Sequence record: MZ501067
Length of the DNA: 64,000 nucleotides
DNA from: Escherichia phage FriedrichZschokke
Strand: one strand, 5' to 3'
This document shows positions 19,745 to 28,975 of the stretch, in pieces. Below the pieces are notes generated by a model, which saw only the letters and a program-made list of their open reading frames with translations, did not search any database and had not been told where the DNA came from. Position numbers and translations under genes: made by a program. Each line of letters begins with the position of its first letter. Position 1 is the first letter of the stretch.

Positions 19745-20653
19745 TTAAGATTTAAGTAAATCAACAATTTTAATTAATTTTTCACGCTCAGATTTAGCTT
19801 TACTACTCAATCCAGATAGTCTGAAAATTTCATCGTCATACTGTTGAATAGAAATATTCAGCTCTTCAATTTGCTTATTAAAATAATCAATTTGCTCAGA
19901 ATGTTTTTCATTACTGCGAACTGGTACAGGTTTTGTAGGCAATTTAGTTAAACTGGATTCATCCGGGCGATAAATTAAAATACAACTTGAACCAATCGGG
20001 CATTTAGCACCAGACACATATTCTAATGTTCCGGCTTCTTTTAAAACTTCAAAAGCTAAACAGAGATGATGCCCCATATTAACATAATCTGTAGAGCGAG
20101 CTCTGACGTAATAATCATCGCCGCGAATACTAAATTTAAAGCATTTAAGGTCTTCTGTATTATTGGTCTTAAAAATCATTTGTTTATCTAGACCTTTAGC
20201 TAATCGAGCGCCTAATGCTAATAATCGTCGTTGATTTTCCCACAAATCTGCGATCATTTGGTCAAATGATAATTTCGGCATTAGTCGACCGTAAAGATCA
20301 TAGCCTTTATTATAATTGCGAAGAATTTCACTCGCGTTAATACGAGACAATGCTCCAATTTTATTAAGGGCTTTCATGATGCGATTAGATAAACCCATTC
20401 CAGACCCGTTTGTTCGTTGTAAATGTTTATCTAATCCAAACCCAATATCAACTTTAAATTTATCTAAAATTTCAGCATGAACATCTCTGTCAATAACATT
20501 CAAATCCAAAGTTGGGTTAAATCTATGAAAAAATTTATCTGGCTCTCCACGACGAAGTACAGTCCATTCATTCAATTTTTTATTAACTAAAGATTTAATT
20601 ACTGCATTGACATTATTAATTACTACTGACATATTTTCCTCACTCAATTTCAA
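19745..20653 (-). CDS. Hypothetical protein with C-terminal coiled coil (family member 4)
   Basis: 302 aa ORF. Confidence 0.6.
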   Translation of the reverse strand: MKLSEENMSVVINNVNAVIKSLVNKKLNEWTVLRRGEPDKFFHRFNPTLDLNVIDRDVHAEILDKFKVDIGFGLDKHLQRTNGSGMGLSNRIMKALNKIGALSRINASEILRNYNKGYDLYGRLMPKLSFDQMIADLWENQRRLLALGARLAKGLDKQMIFKTNNTEDLKCFKFSIRGDDYYVRARSTDYVNMGHHLCLAFEVLKEAGTLEYVSGAKCPIGSSCILIYRPDESSLTKLPTKPVPVRSNEKHSEQIDYFNKQIEELNISIQQYDDEIFRLSGLSSKAKSEREKLIKIVDLLKS

Positions 20654-21047
20654 TTTTACTAAATACGCAGAATATGATGGAAAAGACTATATAAGCACCG
20701 CATACAGATTGAACTAATACCATTCCAAAGAACCAAACAATATTATCAAACAATGTCTGTTTTACGTCGAAAGGACGTAAACTTACAGTAATATTATCGC
20801 CTTTTTCTATTGATGAATACATCTCTGGGGAAATATATTCACTAAATCTATAACCGTCTTTGAGTTCATATACGGCAATAAACGATAAACTAGACCCCTT
20901 TCCTTGAGTTCCTGTAAAGGTATTAACCACAGTAACATCATAATCTTTATAATGCATATAATCATTAATTGCGTAATAACCATATGCAATTGCTATACAT
21001 AAACAACATATCAATAAATTCAATCTTTTAATTATCAACTGTTTCAT
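20640..21047 (-). CDS. Membrane protein (N- and C-terminal transmembrane helices)
   Basis: 135 aa ORF with two hydrophobic segments. Confidence 0.55.
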   Translation of the reverse strand: MKQLIIKRLNLLICCLCIAIAYGYYAINDYMHYKDYDVTVVNTFTGTQGKGSSLSFIAVYELKDGYRFSEYISPEMYSSIEKGDNITVSLRPFDVKQTLFDNIVWFFGMVLVQSVCGAYIVFSIIFCVFSKIEIE

Positions 21048-21076
21048 AATAATCTCAATTAAAAGGGCTTAGAACC

Positions 21077-21101
21077 ATTATACCATCCTTGGTATAAAGC
21101 G
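21077..21101 (-). promoter_or_regulatory. Candidate middle promoter (MotA-box-like GCTTTA, 12-nt spacer, -10 TATAAT) with a spacer hairpin
   Basis: Minus strand CGCTTTA-TACCAAGGATGG-TATAAT. Confidence 0.35.
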
Positions 21102-21102
21102 G

Positions 21103-21630
21103 TTATGCGAGTACCGTCTTTAACCGTTCTTCAAACTTCCGAAGAGTATTTTGGCGTTCAGCTCTTTGCTTTTTGTAAGTTTCAATACGCTCTGAAATGA
21201 GAGTGTATCGTTCATTTACTGATTCTTTCATAAAATCAGGAATTTCACGAGAAGCTTTAATCTCGTCAAATTTATCAATAACAGCTTGCTCTTCAGCAAT
21301 TAAGTTATCATACATCAAAATATCTTTCTTGATGAACTCAATATCTTCTTGAGTTACACGAGATAACTTAGATGCTTTATCCTTTTTGTACTGTTCATTA
21401 GTATCACGAGACCAGTGTAATGTACGATTTTTATTCGTATTCTTATAAATTTCTACAATACCAATCTCATCAATAATAACGATCCAATTCCAACGGGATT
21501 TGTAAATTTGTCCTCCATCAACTGTGATTTCACCTCCGATTGAGATGTCATTAAAGAACTTGCTTTGTGCTTCAGATTTAAATTTACCATCGTTGTAATT
21601 TACCAAGTTGAAAATATCTTTAGCGTTCAT
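21103..21630 (-). CDS. Hypothetical protein
   Basis: 175 aa ORF. Confidence 0.55.
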   Translation of the reverse strand: MNAKDIFNLVNYNDGKFKSEAQSKFFNDISIGGEITVDGGQIYKSRWNWIVIIDEIGIVEIYKNTNKNRTLHWSRDTNEQYKKDKASKLSRVTQEDIEFIKKDILMYDNLIAEEQAVIDKFDEIKASREIPDFMKESVNERYTLISERIETYKKQRAERQNTLRKFEERLKTVLA

Positions 21631-21657
21631 TTTCTGTTCCTCCGTAGTTGATAGTTG

Positions 21658-21688
21658 TATAGTACCACAGAGGAACAGTCTTGTAAAC
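21658..21688 (-). promoter_or_regulatory. T4-type early promoter
   Basis: Minus strand GTTTACA-N17-TACTATA upstream of ORF 21103..21630. Confidence 0.45.
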
Positions 21689-21690
21689 CA

Positions 21691-22005
21691 CTAAAAGAAG
21701 CTTCTTTCACAATTTTTTCCACTGAACCACGCGCTCACTGCTTTCTTAGTCTCAGGAGCAGTGTTATCCATAAACCATTCAAAGGCAGCCTTTTTATGAT
21801 TCTGGAGGGCTTCTCGGGCTTTAATCTGCTCACGGTCTATTAACACTAACATGTGAGCCTTTCTTGTCACCAAGGGCTTCTTATGATTCTTGGAGTATTC
21901 CCAGTCATTTGTCCAACGCATTGTCGTTGCGAACTGATGAACCGCGTCTTTAATTTTAGTTTCGTAAATTTCACGAGCCTTTGAGTATAACATCACTACC
22001 TCCAT
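21691..22005 (-). CDS. Hypothetical protein
   Basis: 104 aa ORF. Confidence 0.5.
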   Translation of the reverse strand: MEVVMLYSKAREIYETKIKDAVHQFATTMRWTNDWEYSKNHKKPLVTRKAHMLVLIDREQIKAREALQNHKKAAFEWFMDNTAPETKKAVSAWFSGKNCERSFF

Positions 22006-22094
22006 TTACCAGTTTAATTCTAATCATCTTTTTGATGGCAGTCCATATAATCTATTTCTGAACTGCCTTTTTGTCATAGAAGTCCTCTTATGAA

Positions 22095-23063
22095 TTATTT
22101 CAGAAGAGTAACCTCAGCAATTTCTTCCCAACCGTTTTTGTCGGTCATAATAAAGTCAGCAAGATAAAGAGCAGTACGCAGTGAAACATTACGTAAACGG
22201 TTAACATTGACTTTCATCCATGATAATGCTTTATAAGTTTCTTCATCAGAAAGACCGCGTTTTTGCATCATGTCAGTTGAAAGAATAACATCTTCAACCC
22301 TGACCATAATTTCTTCATTAGTGTGAACACCCAAATCCAAATAAACTGAGCGGGACACTAATGCTTGTAAATGTGGAGCAAGTTTAGTACCACGGTCTAA
22401 TTCGCGGTCAATGTCAACGTTTGTGATAAAAACAATCGTTCCTTTAAATTCAAACTCACGCTCAATGCCTTTTTCTTCTAAGTAAGAAGATGCGGTGCTC
22501 CAGCAGACTTTACGGGTCTCTCCAGTGTCCAGAGCGGCTTTTAGAAGATTAAGAATGTCCATATCAGAGAAAACATCCACATCATCAATCAAAAGGACAT
22601 AATTCTCTTCACGATTATTCCAAAGCTGTTCATAAAGACCGATACCAGAGATTTTACCATTAATGCTTTTATATTCAATGTATCCAATATCATTTGCTTT
22701 ATTTAAAGCTTTATCTAAAGAATACGTTTTACCAATACCCGCCGCACCAGAGATAATTAATGAACGAATGTTTCCGTTAATAATACCATTCGTCATCATT
22801 CCCATAACATTAAATCTTTTATTAATGCGGGTTTTCATGTCTTCATACGATTCTTTAACTTCTTCAACTTTTACACCATCATATGAAATGTCTGATTTGT
22901 AAACCCAAACACCGCGACGCTTACCGTCAATTTCAACAAAAACTTTACCATCTCCTTGTGCATCTACCGGAGCATTATCTGGGAACCATTCGCCTAAGAG
23001 CTCAAAAGTTCCAGAGATTTCTTTACCGAAGTAGATACCCTTATTGATAGTTACAGTTTTCAT
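22095..23063 (-). CDS. P-loop ATPase of unknown function (nrdC.10 position)
   Basis: 322 aa ORF with Walker A GAAGIGKTYS and Walker B-like LLIDDVD. Confidence 0.65.
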   Translation of the reverse strand: MKTVTINKGIYFGKEISGTFELLGEWFPDNAPVDAQGDGKVFVEIDGKRRGVWVYKSDISYDGVKVEEVKESYEDMKTRINKRFNVMGMMTNGIINGNIRSLIISGAAGIGKTYSLDKALNKANDIGYIEYKSINGKISGIGLYEQLWNNREENYVLLIDDVDVFSDMDILNLLKAALDTGETRKVCWSTASSYLEEKGIEREFEFKGTIVFITNVDIDRELDRGTKLAPHLQALVSRSVYLDLGVHTNEEIMVRVEDVILSTDMMQKRGLSDEETYKALSWMKVNVNRLRNVSLRTALYLADFIMTDKNGWEEIAEVTLLK

Positions 23064-23120
23064 TTTATTCTCCTTTGATTTGATAGGACTACTATAACAT
23101 AGTCCTATCAGTTTGTATAC

Positions 23121-23321
23121 TTATTTTGACATTTCTTCGATGTCACGACGATACCCGTCACGAACTTCACGAAGAGCTTCAAGGCCACACATAGGCTCGA
23201 TACCAGTAATGTGAACTTGATTAATCTGATACTCTACATCTTCTAACTGAGCGAAAACATAACGACGTTCAGCTGCACACCCAGATTTAGCTTTACCGAA
23301 ACGTTTATTCAAAGTAGTCAT
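23121..23321 (-). CDS. Hypothetical protein
   Basis: 66 aa ORF downstream of an early promoter. Confidence 0.45.
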   Translation of the reverse strand: MTTLNKRFGKAKSGCAAERRYVFAQLEDVEYQINQVHITGIEPMCGLEALREVRDGYRRDIEEMSK

Positions 23322-23358
23322 TTTGTATCTCCAATTTACTCATTTGTTTTGATAGTTG

Positions 23359-23389
23359 TATAGTACCATAAAGCTTTATGCTTGTAAAC
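23359..23389 (-). promoter_or_regulatory. T4-type early promoter with a palindromic spacer
   Basis: Minus strand GTTTACA-N17-TACTATA; spacer contains the perfect palindrome CATAAAGCTTTATG. Confidence 0.45.
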
Positions 23390-23410
23390 AGTTTTGTGAA
23401 AAATTTTTGA

Positions 23411-23438
23411 AATAAAAAAGGGAGCCCGAAGGCTCCCT
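23411..23438 (-). terminator. Rho-independent terminator with UUCG tetraloop
   Basis: GGGAGCC-CGAA-GGCTCCC followed on the minus strand by UUUUUU. Confidence 0.6.
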
Positions 23439-23439
23439 A

Positions 23440-24452
23440 TCATTTATAATAACTTCGGTGGTTTTCAAGATAGACCTTCTCAAGGAAGTCATCCCAGAAA
23501 CTCATGTCTACTGTTTTAGGCATACCGTTCTTAGAAGCTTCAGTAGATGCTGCTTCTACTTGATCGACCACATCTTCCAAAAACTCTTGAACTGTTTTAA
23601 ATGGATGTTTACCCAACTTCACGTCGAGAATAAATGGAGCATCTTGAAGTGGATAGACTAAGTCACCAGTTTTGTAAATTTCCAATAGTTGGAGTCCACC
23701 ACGACAAGCATGACTTAGTGCTTTCCAATCAATGCCTTCATTGGCTTCGGCCTTACGAGCACGTTCACCGTATTCAGCATCTAATTTGTTCAGTGACTGC
23801 TTAAGCTCAATAAGAGAAAGCGTTGTCTGATATTTACGACCCAACACAGTGTAGAACGTTTGTGGGCCTGTTTTCTCATGATTATGGAACACCCATTCAC
23901 AGAATTCGTTTTCTGGAAGACGATGCTTAATATCTTCAACTTTAGTACGACGCTGCTTAATGGAACCGTCTTCTTGGTAATCAACCATTGCTCAGGGATT
24001 TGATTAACTACTTTCAATACATCACGTAATGCAGCCAAACGAGAACCCTTGACGCCGTATTTAGAAGCTTGCTTGCGGACATATCCTAAATATGATTTCA
24101 TGTTAGTCGTATAAAAACGAGAACGGTTGTCTTGAATAAACTTCCACACATCAGGCAAATCGGATTTAACCACTAGTTCAGGTGGAGTGTGAAGCATATC
24201 CAACGCTACAGTTTCACCATCTGCTGCTAATTTAAAGAAATATTTAAGACTGTATAGTTCATGGTCAATATCATCTTTAGTGTTTTTAGATGATGTATTG
24301 TTAGTATTTTTACTCATATGCTCTTTAACATTTCCGATAAGAATATCACGAGCAGGAGGAACAAAGATTTCTTTAAAATCTACATCAGATTCTGGGGTAG
24401 AAGTTCCATAAAGATGACTACCAAAATAGCTTTTCATTACTGTTTTCATCAT
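23440..24452 (-). pseudogene. Pol-beta-superfamily nucleotidyltransferase-fold protein, apparently split by a -1 frameshift near 23986-23995 (~150 aa N-terminal part plus 182 aa C-terminal part)
   Basis: N-terminal G[S]x10DxD motif YFGSHLYGTSTPESDVDF; after residue ~155 the upstream frame becomes low-complexity while the overlapping frame (ORF 23440..23988) is protein-like; TGA in the downstream frame lies 6 nt before its ATG. Confidence 0.45.
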
Positions 24453-24910
24453 TCAGCCTTATATTCAATAACAGGACATACTTTAGCTTTACGAGCTTTT
24501 AAAAATTCAACGATAACCGATTTCTTGGGTTGAATAGGAGGTAAACCTTTATACGCCCTATCAATATTTTCTACGTGTAAAGCATAATCCTTTTTCCATT
24601 TATAATCTTTATATTTTTCACGCAAATGTGCAGGAATAACAAATGAACCGATAATAAGTAAAACAACCAAAAGCGCAAGTATAAATGCTGATGGAAGCAA
24701 AGTCCATAAACTACCAAAAATAATCCAACGTTGTAGGCTTTCTGCACAAATAATTGTTAGCCCTACGAGTATAGCACATCCAAAAATAGAAACGAAAAAT
24801 GTAGGAATGGCAATAGACCAAAAATATGCGCACAGTGTCTTAGGTCGTTGCCATTCATCGTTAAACAATTTGAATAATTTATAGTGCCAAGAGTTTTCAT
24901 TAATAATCAT
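24449..24910 (-). CDS. Membrane protein (multiple transmembrane helices)
   Basis: 153 aa ORF with hydrophobic segments. Confidence 0.5.
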   Translation of the reverse strand: MIINENSWHYKLFKLFNDEWQRPKTLCAYFWSIAIPTFFVSIFGCAILVGLTIICAESLQRWIIFGSLWTLLPSAFILALLVVLLIIGSFVIPAHLREKYKDYKWKKDYALHVENIDRAYKGLPPIQPKKSVIVEFLKARKAKVCPVIEYKAE

Positions 24911-24912
24911 AA

Positions 24913-25434
24913 TTATTCTTTCATTGAAGGCGTAACGGTTGTTAAATACTTAATCATAGCTTCAGCTTCTGATTTTGATAGTGAAATTTCTTCACCGTTT
25001 TGGCGAATAGAAACAAAATCTGGATGACGATCACCACCAGCTTTTAAAACACACATATAAGTATCAGCTTCGCCTTCAATATTTGAAATGATTGAAGCAG
25101 TTCCACATGAATGAGGTTTTTGATAAATCAATACAGCTTTTCTTCCACCATTTGACTGTTCATAGGCTTTTAATACATCAAGCAAATCAGTTCTTTTATC
25201 AATAGCTAAGATGTTATTTTCATCTTCAATATTAAATCCTTCGGATACTTCATAAAGAGTTACCCATAAATCACCGATGTCAATAACAGCATTTACTTTT
25301 CCACGGCTTTCAAGAGTATGACAAATTTTCTTGATTTCGTCATAACTCATTTTAATAATATCATCTCCTTGACTAAGGAAGATGTCATTTTTAAATTCAA
25401 CACGAATTAAACCGCTTCCACTTGAAATAAACAT
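24913..25434 (-). CDS. Hypothetical protein, tandem paralog A
   Basis: 173 aa ORF; C-terminus and GFNIE motif resemble the adjacent ORF. Confidence 0.5.
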   Translation of the reverse strand: MFISSGSGLIRVEFKNDIFLSQGDDIIKMSYDEIKKICHTLESRGKVNAVIDIGDLWVTLYEVSEGFNIEDENNILAIDKRTDLLDVLKAYEQSNGGRKAVLIYQKPHSCGTASIISNIEGEADTYMCVLKAGGDRHPDFVSIRQNGEEISLSKSEAEAMIKYLTTVTPSMKE

Positions 25435-25440
25435 ATTTCC

Positions 25441-25995
25441 TCACTTTGAAATCATAGTTGGAATAACAGAATCAAGATAAGTCTTTAGTGCAATAGCTTC
25501 GTCTTTGGTAAATGTGACAATATGTGCTCGAGAATCATCAATTTGACGAATAGTTAAGACATCTCCATCTTCATAACATTTTGATACGTTTAAAACAGTT
25601 TCATCATTCTGATTGCAAGCGTTAGTAATAATAGCATTGCAATTTTTAAACCATTTTAAACTATGTTTTCTTTCATTAGAATAATAAAAATATTTAATCT
25701 TATCTATAAAACTATCCCAATGGATAACTGATAAGCATATTGACTCGCTTTCAATATTAAATCCTGGGCATGAAGAATAAAAATGAATTTTATGCTCATC
25801 ATTAATGCTTACAATTTTATCAGTATAAGGATTTTCAATTTGGGTTAAATGAATGATTTCACTAGGCGTAAAATATAGCATATCGTCTTCTTGTGTCAAA
25901 CGATACATATTATTTACTTTTTCTATAGCCAATTCACCAAAAAGTGAACTAACTTCTAATACTAATCGTTTCATATTAATCCTTTTTATTGGCAC
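25441..25995 (-). CDS. Hypothetical protein, tandem paralog B
   Basis: 184 aa ORF; C-terminus similar to paralog A. Confidence 0.5.
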   Translation of the reverse strand: MPIKRINMKRLVLEVSSLFGELAIEKVNNMYRLTQEDDMLYFTPSEIIHLTQIENPYTDKIVSINDEHKIHFYSSCPGFNIESESICLSVIHWDSFIDKIKYFYYSNERKHSLKWFKNCNAIITNACNQNDETVLNVSKCYEDGDVLTIRQIDDSRAHIVTFTKDEAIALKTYLDSVIPTMISK

Positions 25996-26254
25996 GAATT
26001 TGTTCTAAAATTTTAGAGTATTCCTTTGTATCAGATTTACGTACAATCGATACACTATACGGCATACTATCGGTGTCTTTTATAAAGCGTTCCAAATGAC
26101 ACTCTAATAAAATTTCTGGATTATAAATCGTGTACATCAAATTACCTGTTGCTCCACGATATTGACAGATTTCTACTGATTGAACACCATTCCATAATTT
26201 TGTTAAGACCAAATCACCTACTTCTAATTTAGGAAAGCCCATGTTATTCACCAA
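25976..26254 (-). CDS. Hypothetical protein
   Basis: 92 aa ORF. Confidence 0.45.
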   Translation of the reverse strand: MVNNMGFPKLEVGDLVLTKLWNGVQSVEICQYRGATGNLMYTIYNPEILLECHLERFIKDTDSMPYSVSIVRKSDTKEYSKILEQIRANKKD

Positions 26255-26429
26255 TTAAAGTTTCAATATAAGAATCAAGATTTACTTTAGCTTCTTCCAT
26301 AAGAGTTTTGTATTTAATCTTGTTAGCATGTCCGGAGAAAGCTGATTCATCAATAACTGTTGATGTATGAACAGCTCTACTATACGTCTCAATTAATTCT
26401 CTTAATTTAAAAGCCTGCTCACTTGTCAT
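26244..26429 (-). CDS. Hypothetical protein
   Basis: 61 aa ORF. Confidence 0.4.
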   Translation of the reverse strand: MTSEQAFKLRELIETYSRAVHTSTVIDESAFSGHANKIKYKTLMEEAKVNLDSYIETLIGE

Positions 26430-26560
26430 TACATACTCCTTTGAATCATATCAATAATATTGTTCACCAGATTATAGGTAAACATTGGGTAATTATATTG
26501 AATCATCACATATATAACAAACAAAACTTTCATTCTCTTCTCCTTGACAGTTGACAAGAT

Positions 26561-26589
26561 TACTATACCATAACCTTGCCAACTTGTAA
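26561..26589 (-). promoter_or_regulatory. T4-type early promoter
   Basis: Minus strand TTTACA-N17-TATAGT. Confidence 0.4.
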
Positions 26590-26767
26590 ACCGTTAAATG
26601 TTGTTTTCAATAAAATTCTGAAGCTTTGTGTGAGCATCAACCATGATTTTCATTTCTTCCTTTGCGAAAGCTGTATCTCTTTCCCGAGCAGAATACTCAT
26701 AGTCAGAAACTGCATTAGCATATTCTTCAATTAGCTTCATTAAAAACATCTGCTTTTCAGTTTTCAT
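26588..26767 (-). CDS. Small hypothetical protein, 59 aa (below the ORF-track cut-off)
   Basis: Manual translation MKTEKQMFLMKLIEEYANAVSDYEY...; AGGTGG Shine-Dalgarno upstream; start overlaps the stop of ORF 26757..26951. Confidence 0.4.
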
Positions 26768-26951
26768 TATTCCACCTAATCATTTCAAGATATTGAACTA
26801 ACTTAGCTTTAGATTTATCCAAATCCTTTTTAGCTGCTTCTATACCGTCGTATGAATATCCTTCACAATGCTCAACTGCTAATTGATATGAATCTATTTC
26901 AATATCACGTGCTAATTTAATGATTTTTTCAAACTGTTCGCGTGTTAGCAT
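26757..26951 (-). CDS. Hypothetical protein
   Basis: 64 aa ORF. Confidence 0.4.
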   Translation of the reverse strand: MLTREQFEKIIKLARDIEIDSYQLAVEHCEGYSYDGIEAAKKDLDKSKAKLVQYLEMIRWNNEN

Positions 26952-26953
26952 AA

Positions 26954-27193
26954 TTAAACTCTCGTATTATGATCGATAATTTCATCAAGAAACATATCTA
27001 ACGCTTCTAAAGCATTATCAACTTTAGTTTCAAAGTCTTTAATGCCTTTATTCGAAATACCCGATGAATACCAAGCAAAGTCAATCAGCTCTTCATCTGC
27101 TCTACGAATTGAAGCCACTAATTCCTTGATTTTATCTGCTCGCTCTATACTAATCATTATTCCACCACATATGACAGAGAGAATATTGCACAC
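26954..27193 (-). CDS. Hypothetical protein
   Basis: 79 aa ORF. Confidence 0.4.
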   Translation of the reverse strand: MCNILSVICGGIMISIERADKIKELVASIRRADEELIDFAWYSSGISNKGIKDFETKVDNALEALDMFLDEIIDHNTRV

Positions 27194-27345
27194 GCCATAT
27201 GCGTTGCAGCTTCATCACACATATTATAACGTTTCTTCAAAACTTCAACAAGTTCTTCACTAGTAACTTCATCCATGTCGACGAAAAAATCACCATTAAT
27301 GATGACGTAGATATTTCCTTCTTGATTGAGTGCTTCAATTTTCAT
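27157..27345 (-). CDS. Hypothetical protein
   Basis: ORF 27157..27390 trimmed to the internal ATG ([10 protein letters not shown]), which has a GAGGAG Shine-Dalgarno; lies downstream of an early promoter. Confidence 0.45.
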   Translation of the reverse strand: MKIEALNQEGNIYVIINGDFFVDMDEVTSEELVEVLKKRYNMCDEAATHMACAIFSLSYVVE

Positions 27346-27372
27346 GATGTTCTCCTCTTTATTCGATAGTTG

Positions 27373-27403
27373 TATAGTACCACAACTCAAACGGAAAGTA
27401 AAC
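27373..27403 (-). promoter_or_regulatory. T4-type early promoter
   Basis: Minus strand GTTTACT-N17-TACTATA. Confidence 0.45.
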
Positions 27404-27410
27404 CGGTAAA

Positions 27411-27436
27411 ATGAAAAAAGTCTCCCGAAGGAGACT
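27411..27436 (-). terminator. Rho-independent terminator with UUCG tetraloop
   Basis: AGTCTCC-CGAA-GGAGACT followed on the minus strand by UUUUU. Confidence 0.55.
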
Positions 27437-27440
27437 AATG

Positions 27441-27827
27441 TTATTCGAGGGAAAGAAGATACTTACTCTGGTAAAACATTCCAGTAATATCATCTATCGT
27501 GCTTTGAATGGCTGGAGGCATTTCTTTATAAATGCTGTTAGATTGGTCTAGTATGCGATCAATCATTTTAATTGTGTCGGTAGGAAGTTTACTGGCATCT
27601 GGAATTGAAGGTGTGTATTTTCTACCAGAATACCCCAAATATTGCTCACCAAATTTATCAATCAAATCTGGCAACTCGGAGAAAATAAAATCGTATGCTT
27701 TGTGTCTAGCATAACTTTTAGTTTCAAAATGTGCAGAATGAAAATAAGCTTGTGCAGCCATTAATAAACCTAAGTATTCATCTGCCTTTGAAGGTTTTCC
27801 ACTTTGTGAAAAGTCGCTGAATTTCAT
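27441..27827 (-). CDS. Hypothetical protein (T4 rI.-1 position)
   Basis: 128 aa ORF adjacent to rI. Confidence 0.5.
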   Translation of the reverse strand: MKFSDFSQSGKPSKADEYLGLLMAAQAYFHSAHFETKSYARHKAYDFIFSELPDLIDKFGEQYLGYSGRKYTPSIPDASKLPTDTIKMIDRILDQSNSIYKEMPPAIQSTIDDITGMFYQSKYLLSLE

Positions 27828-28117
27828 TCAGTCTCCAATTTAATGTTCATAATTCTAGCGTATGATTGTGCCATCTCCGCGCCTCGTTCTATACATTCAA
27901 AATCAGAAGAGCACGGGTCATTTTTATAGGTCGTTCTCATAAAACTATAGAATTGTTCAGACGATTCTACGCTTTTATTTTCAAAAAGCATATAAACATG
28001 TCTAATACCAGATTCCATAAATTTATCAAAATGAGGATTGACATTCGCTTCAATCGATGGAGATAAAACAAATGACAATCCTAGCATGGCAAATAGTGCC
28101 GTTGCTTTTAAGGCCAT
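27824..28117 (-). CDS. rI: Lysis inhibition regulator RI (secreted, signal-anchor)
   Basis: 97 aa ORF MALKATALFAMLGLSFVLSPSIEA... with N-terminal signal sequence; matches T4 RI in length and sequence. Confidence 0.85.
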   Translation of the reverse strand: MALKATALFAMLGLSFVLSPSIEANVNPHFDKFMESGIRHVYMLFENKSVESSEQFYSFMRTTYKNDPCSSDFECIERGAEMAQSYARIMNIKLETE

Positions 28118-28129
28118 AAAGGCCTCCTA

Positions 28130-28342
28130 TCATTTTTGTCCTGTATTTACTTTATGCCGATGCACGGCCTTAACTTTATCAAGGTATTTTTCAAAATTTC
28201 GCAATCTAGTATAGTCTGCCGGAGATTGGTTGAGTGATACTTCTCGACGCAAAGCTGAAATAACATTTCCAACTTCCCTACGAATTTCATCTAATTGAAG
28301 CACAGTAAGATTGCGAAGTTGCTTTTCAGTTAATTGTAGCAT
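28130..28342 (-). CDS. Hypothetical protein (T4 rI.1 position)
   Basis: 70 aa ORF. Confidence 0.45.
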   Translation of the reverse strand: MLQLTEKQLRNLTVLQLDEIRREVGNVISALRREVSLNQSPADYTRLRNFEKYLDKVKAVHRHKVNTGQK

Positions 28343-28384
28343 ATATACCCCTTTAGTTAGATAAACCTATTTATAACTTTTGCA

Positions 28385-28966
28385 CTAACCGAGCTTTTTA
28401 GTTAATTCATTCCAATGTTTTCTACACAAAGAAACATAAATTTCATCACCAATACAGATTTGATTACCTTCTTTAACTGGTGTTCCATCTTCCATTAATC
28501 GAGCTGTCATAATCGCTTTTTTGCCGCAATGACAAACTGCCTTTAGTTCAATAAGTTTATCTGCAATCGCTAAAAGTTCTTTAGAACCTTCAAACAATTT
28601 TCCAGCGAAATCAGTCCTTAATCCATAAGCCATAACAGGAACATTATATGTATCAACAATTCGGCTCAATTGATGTACTTGTTCAGTTTTTAAAAATTGG
28701 GCTTCATCTACAAATACGCAATGAATATCTTTTTGTGCTTCAGCCCATTTATAGAACTCGAAAATATCCATATCATCTGTAATAATATTCGCTTCCTGTT
28801 TAATTCCAATGCGAGAAACGACTTCGCAGACAGAATCGCGAGTATCAATAGCAGGCTTAAGAACTAATACACTCATTCCACGTTCTTTATAATTATGTGC
28901 AGCAGTCAAAAGAGAAGCAGATTTTCCAGCATTCATTGCTGCATAAGTAAAAATTAAACTCGCCAT
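28385..28966 (-). CDS. tk: Thymidine kinase
   Basis: 193 aa ORF with Walker A AAMNAGKS and C-terminal Cys zinc motif; matches T4 Tk. Confidence 0.93.
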   Translation of the reverse strand: MASLIFTYAAMNAGKSASLLTAAHNYKERGMSVLVLKPAIDTRDSVCEVVSRIGIKQEANIITDDMDIFEFYKWAEAQKDIHCVFVDEAQFLKTEQVHQLSRIVDTYNVPVMAYGLRTDFAGKLFEGSKELLAIADKLIELKAVCHCGKKAIMTARLMEDGTPVKEGNQICIGDEIYVSLCRKHWNELTKKLG

Positions 28967-28975
28967 ATCACCTTC

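Noticed and set aside
23980-24000. Programmed -1 ribosomal frameshift joining the two halves of the nucleotidyltransferase gene
   Set aside because: No X_XXY_YYZ slippery heptamer and no obvious downstream pseudoknot at the frame junction; a mutation or sequencing error is more parsimonious.
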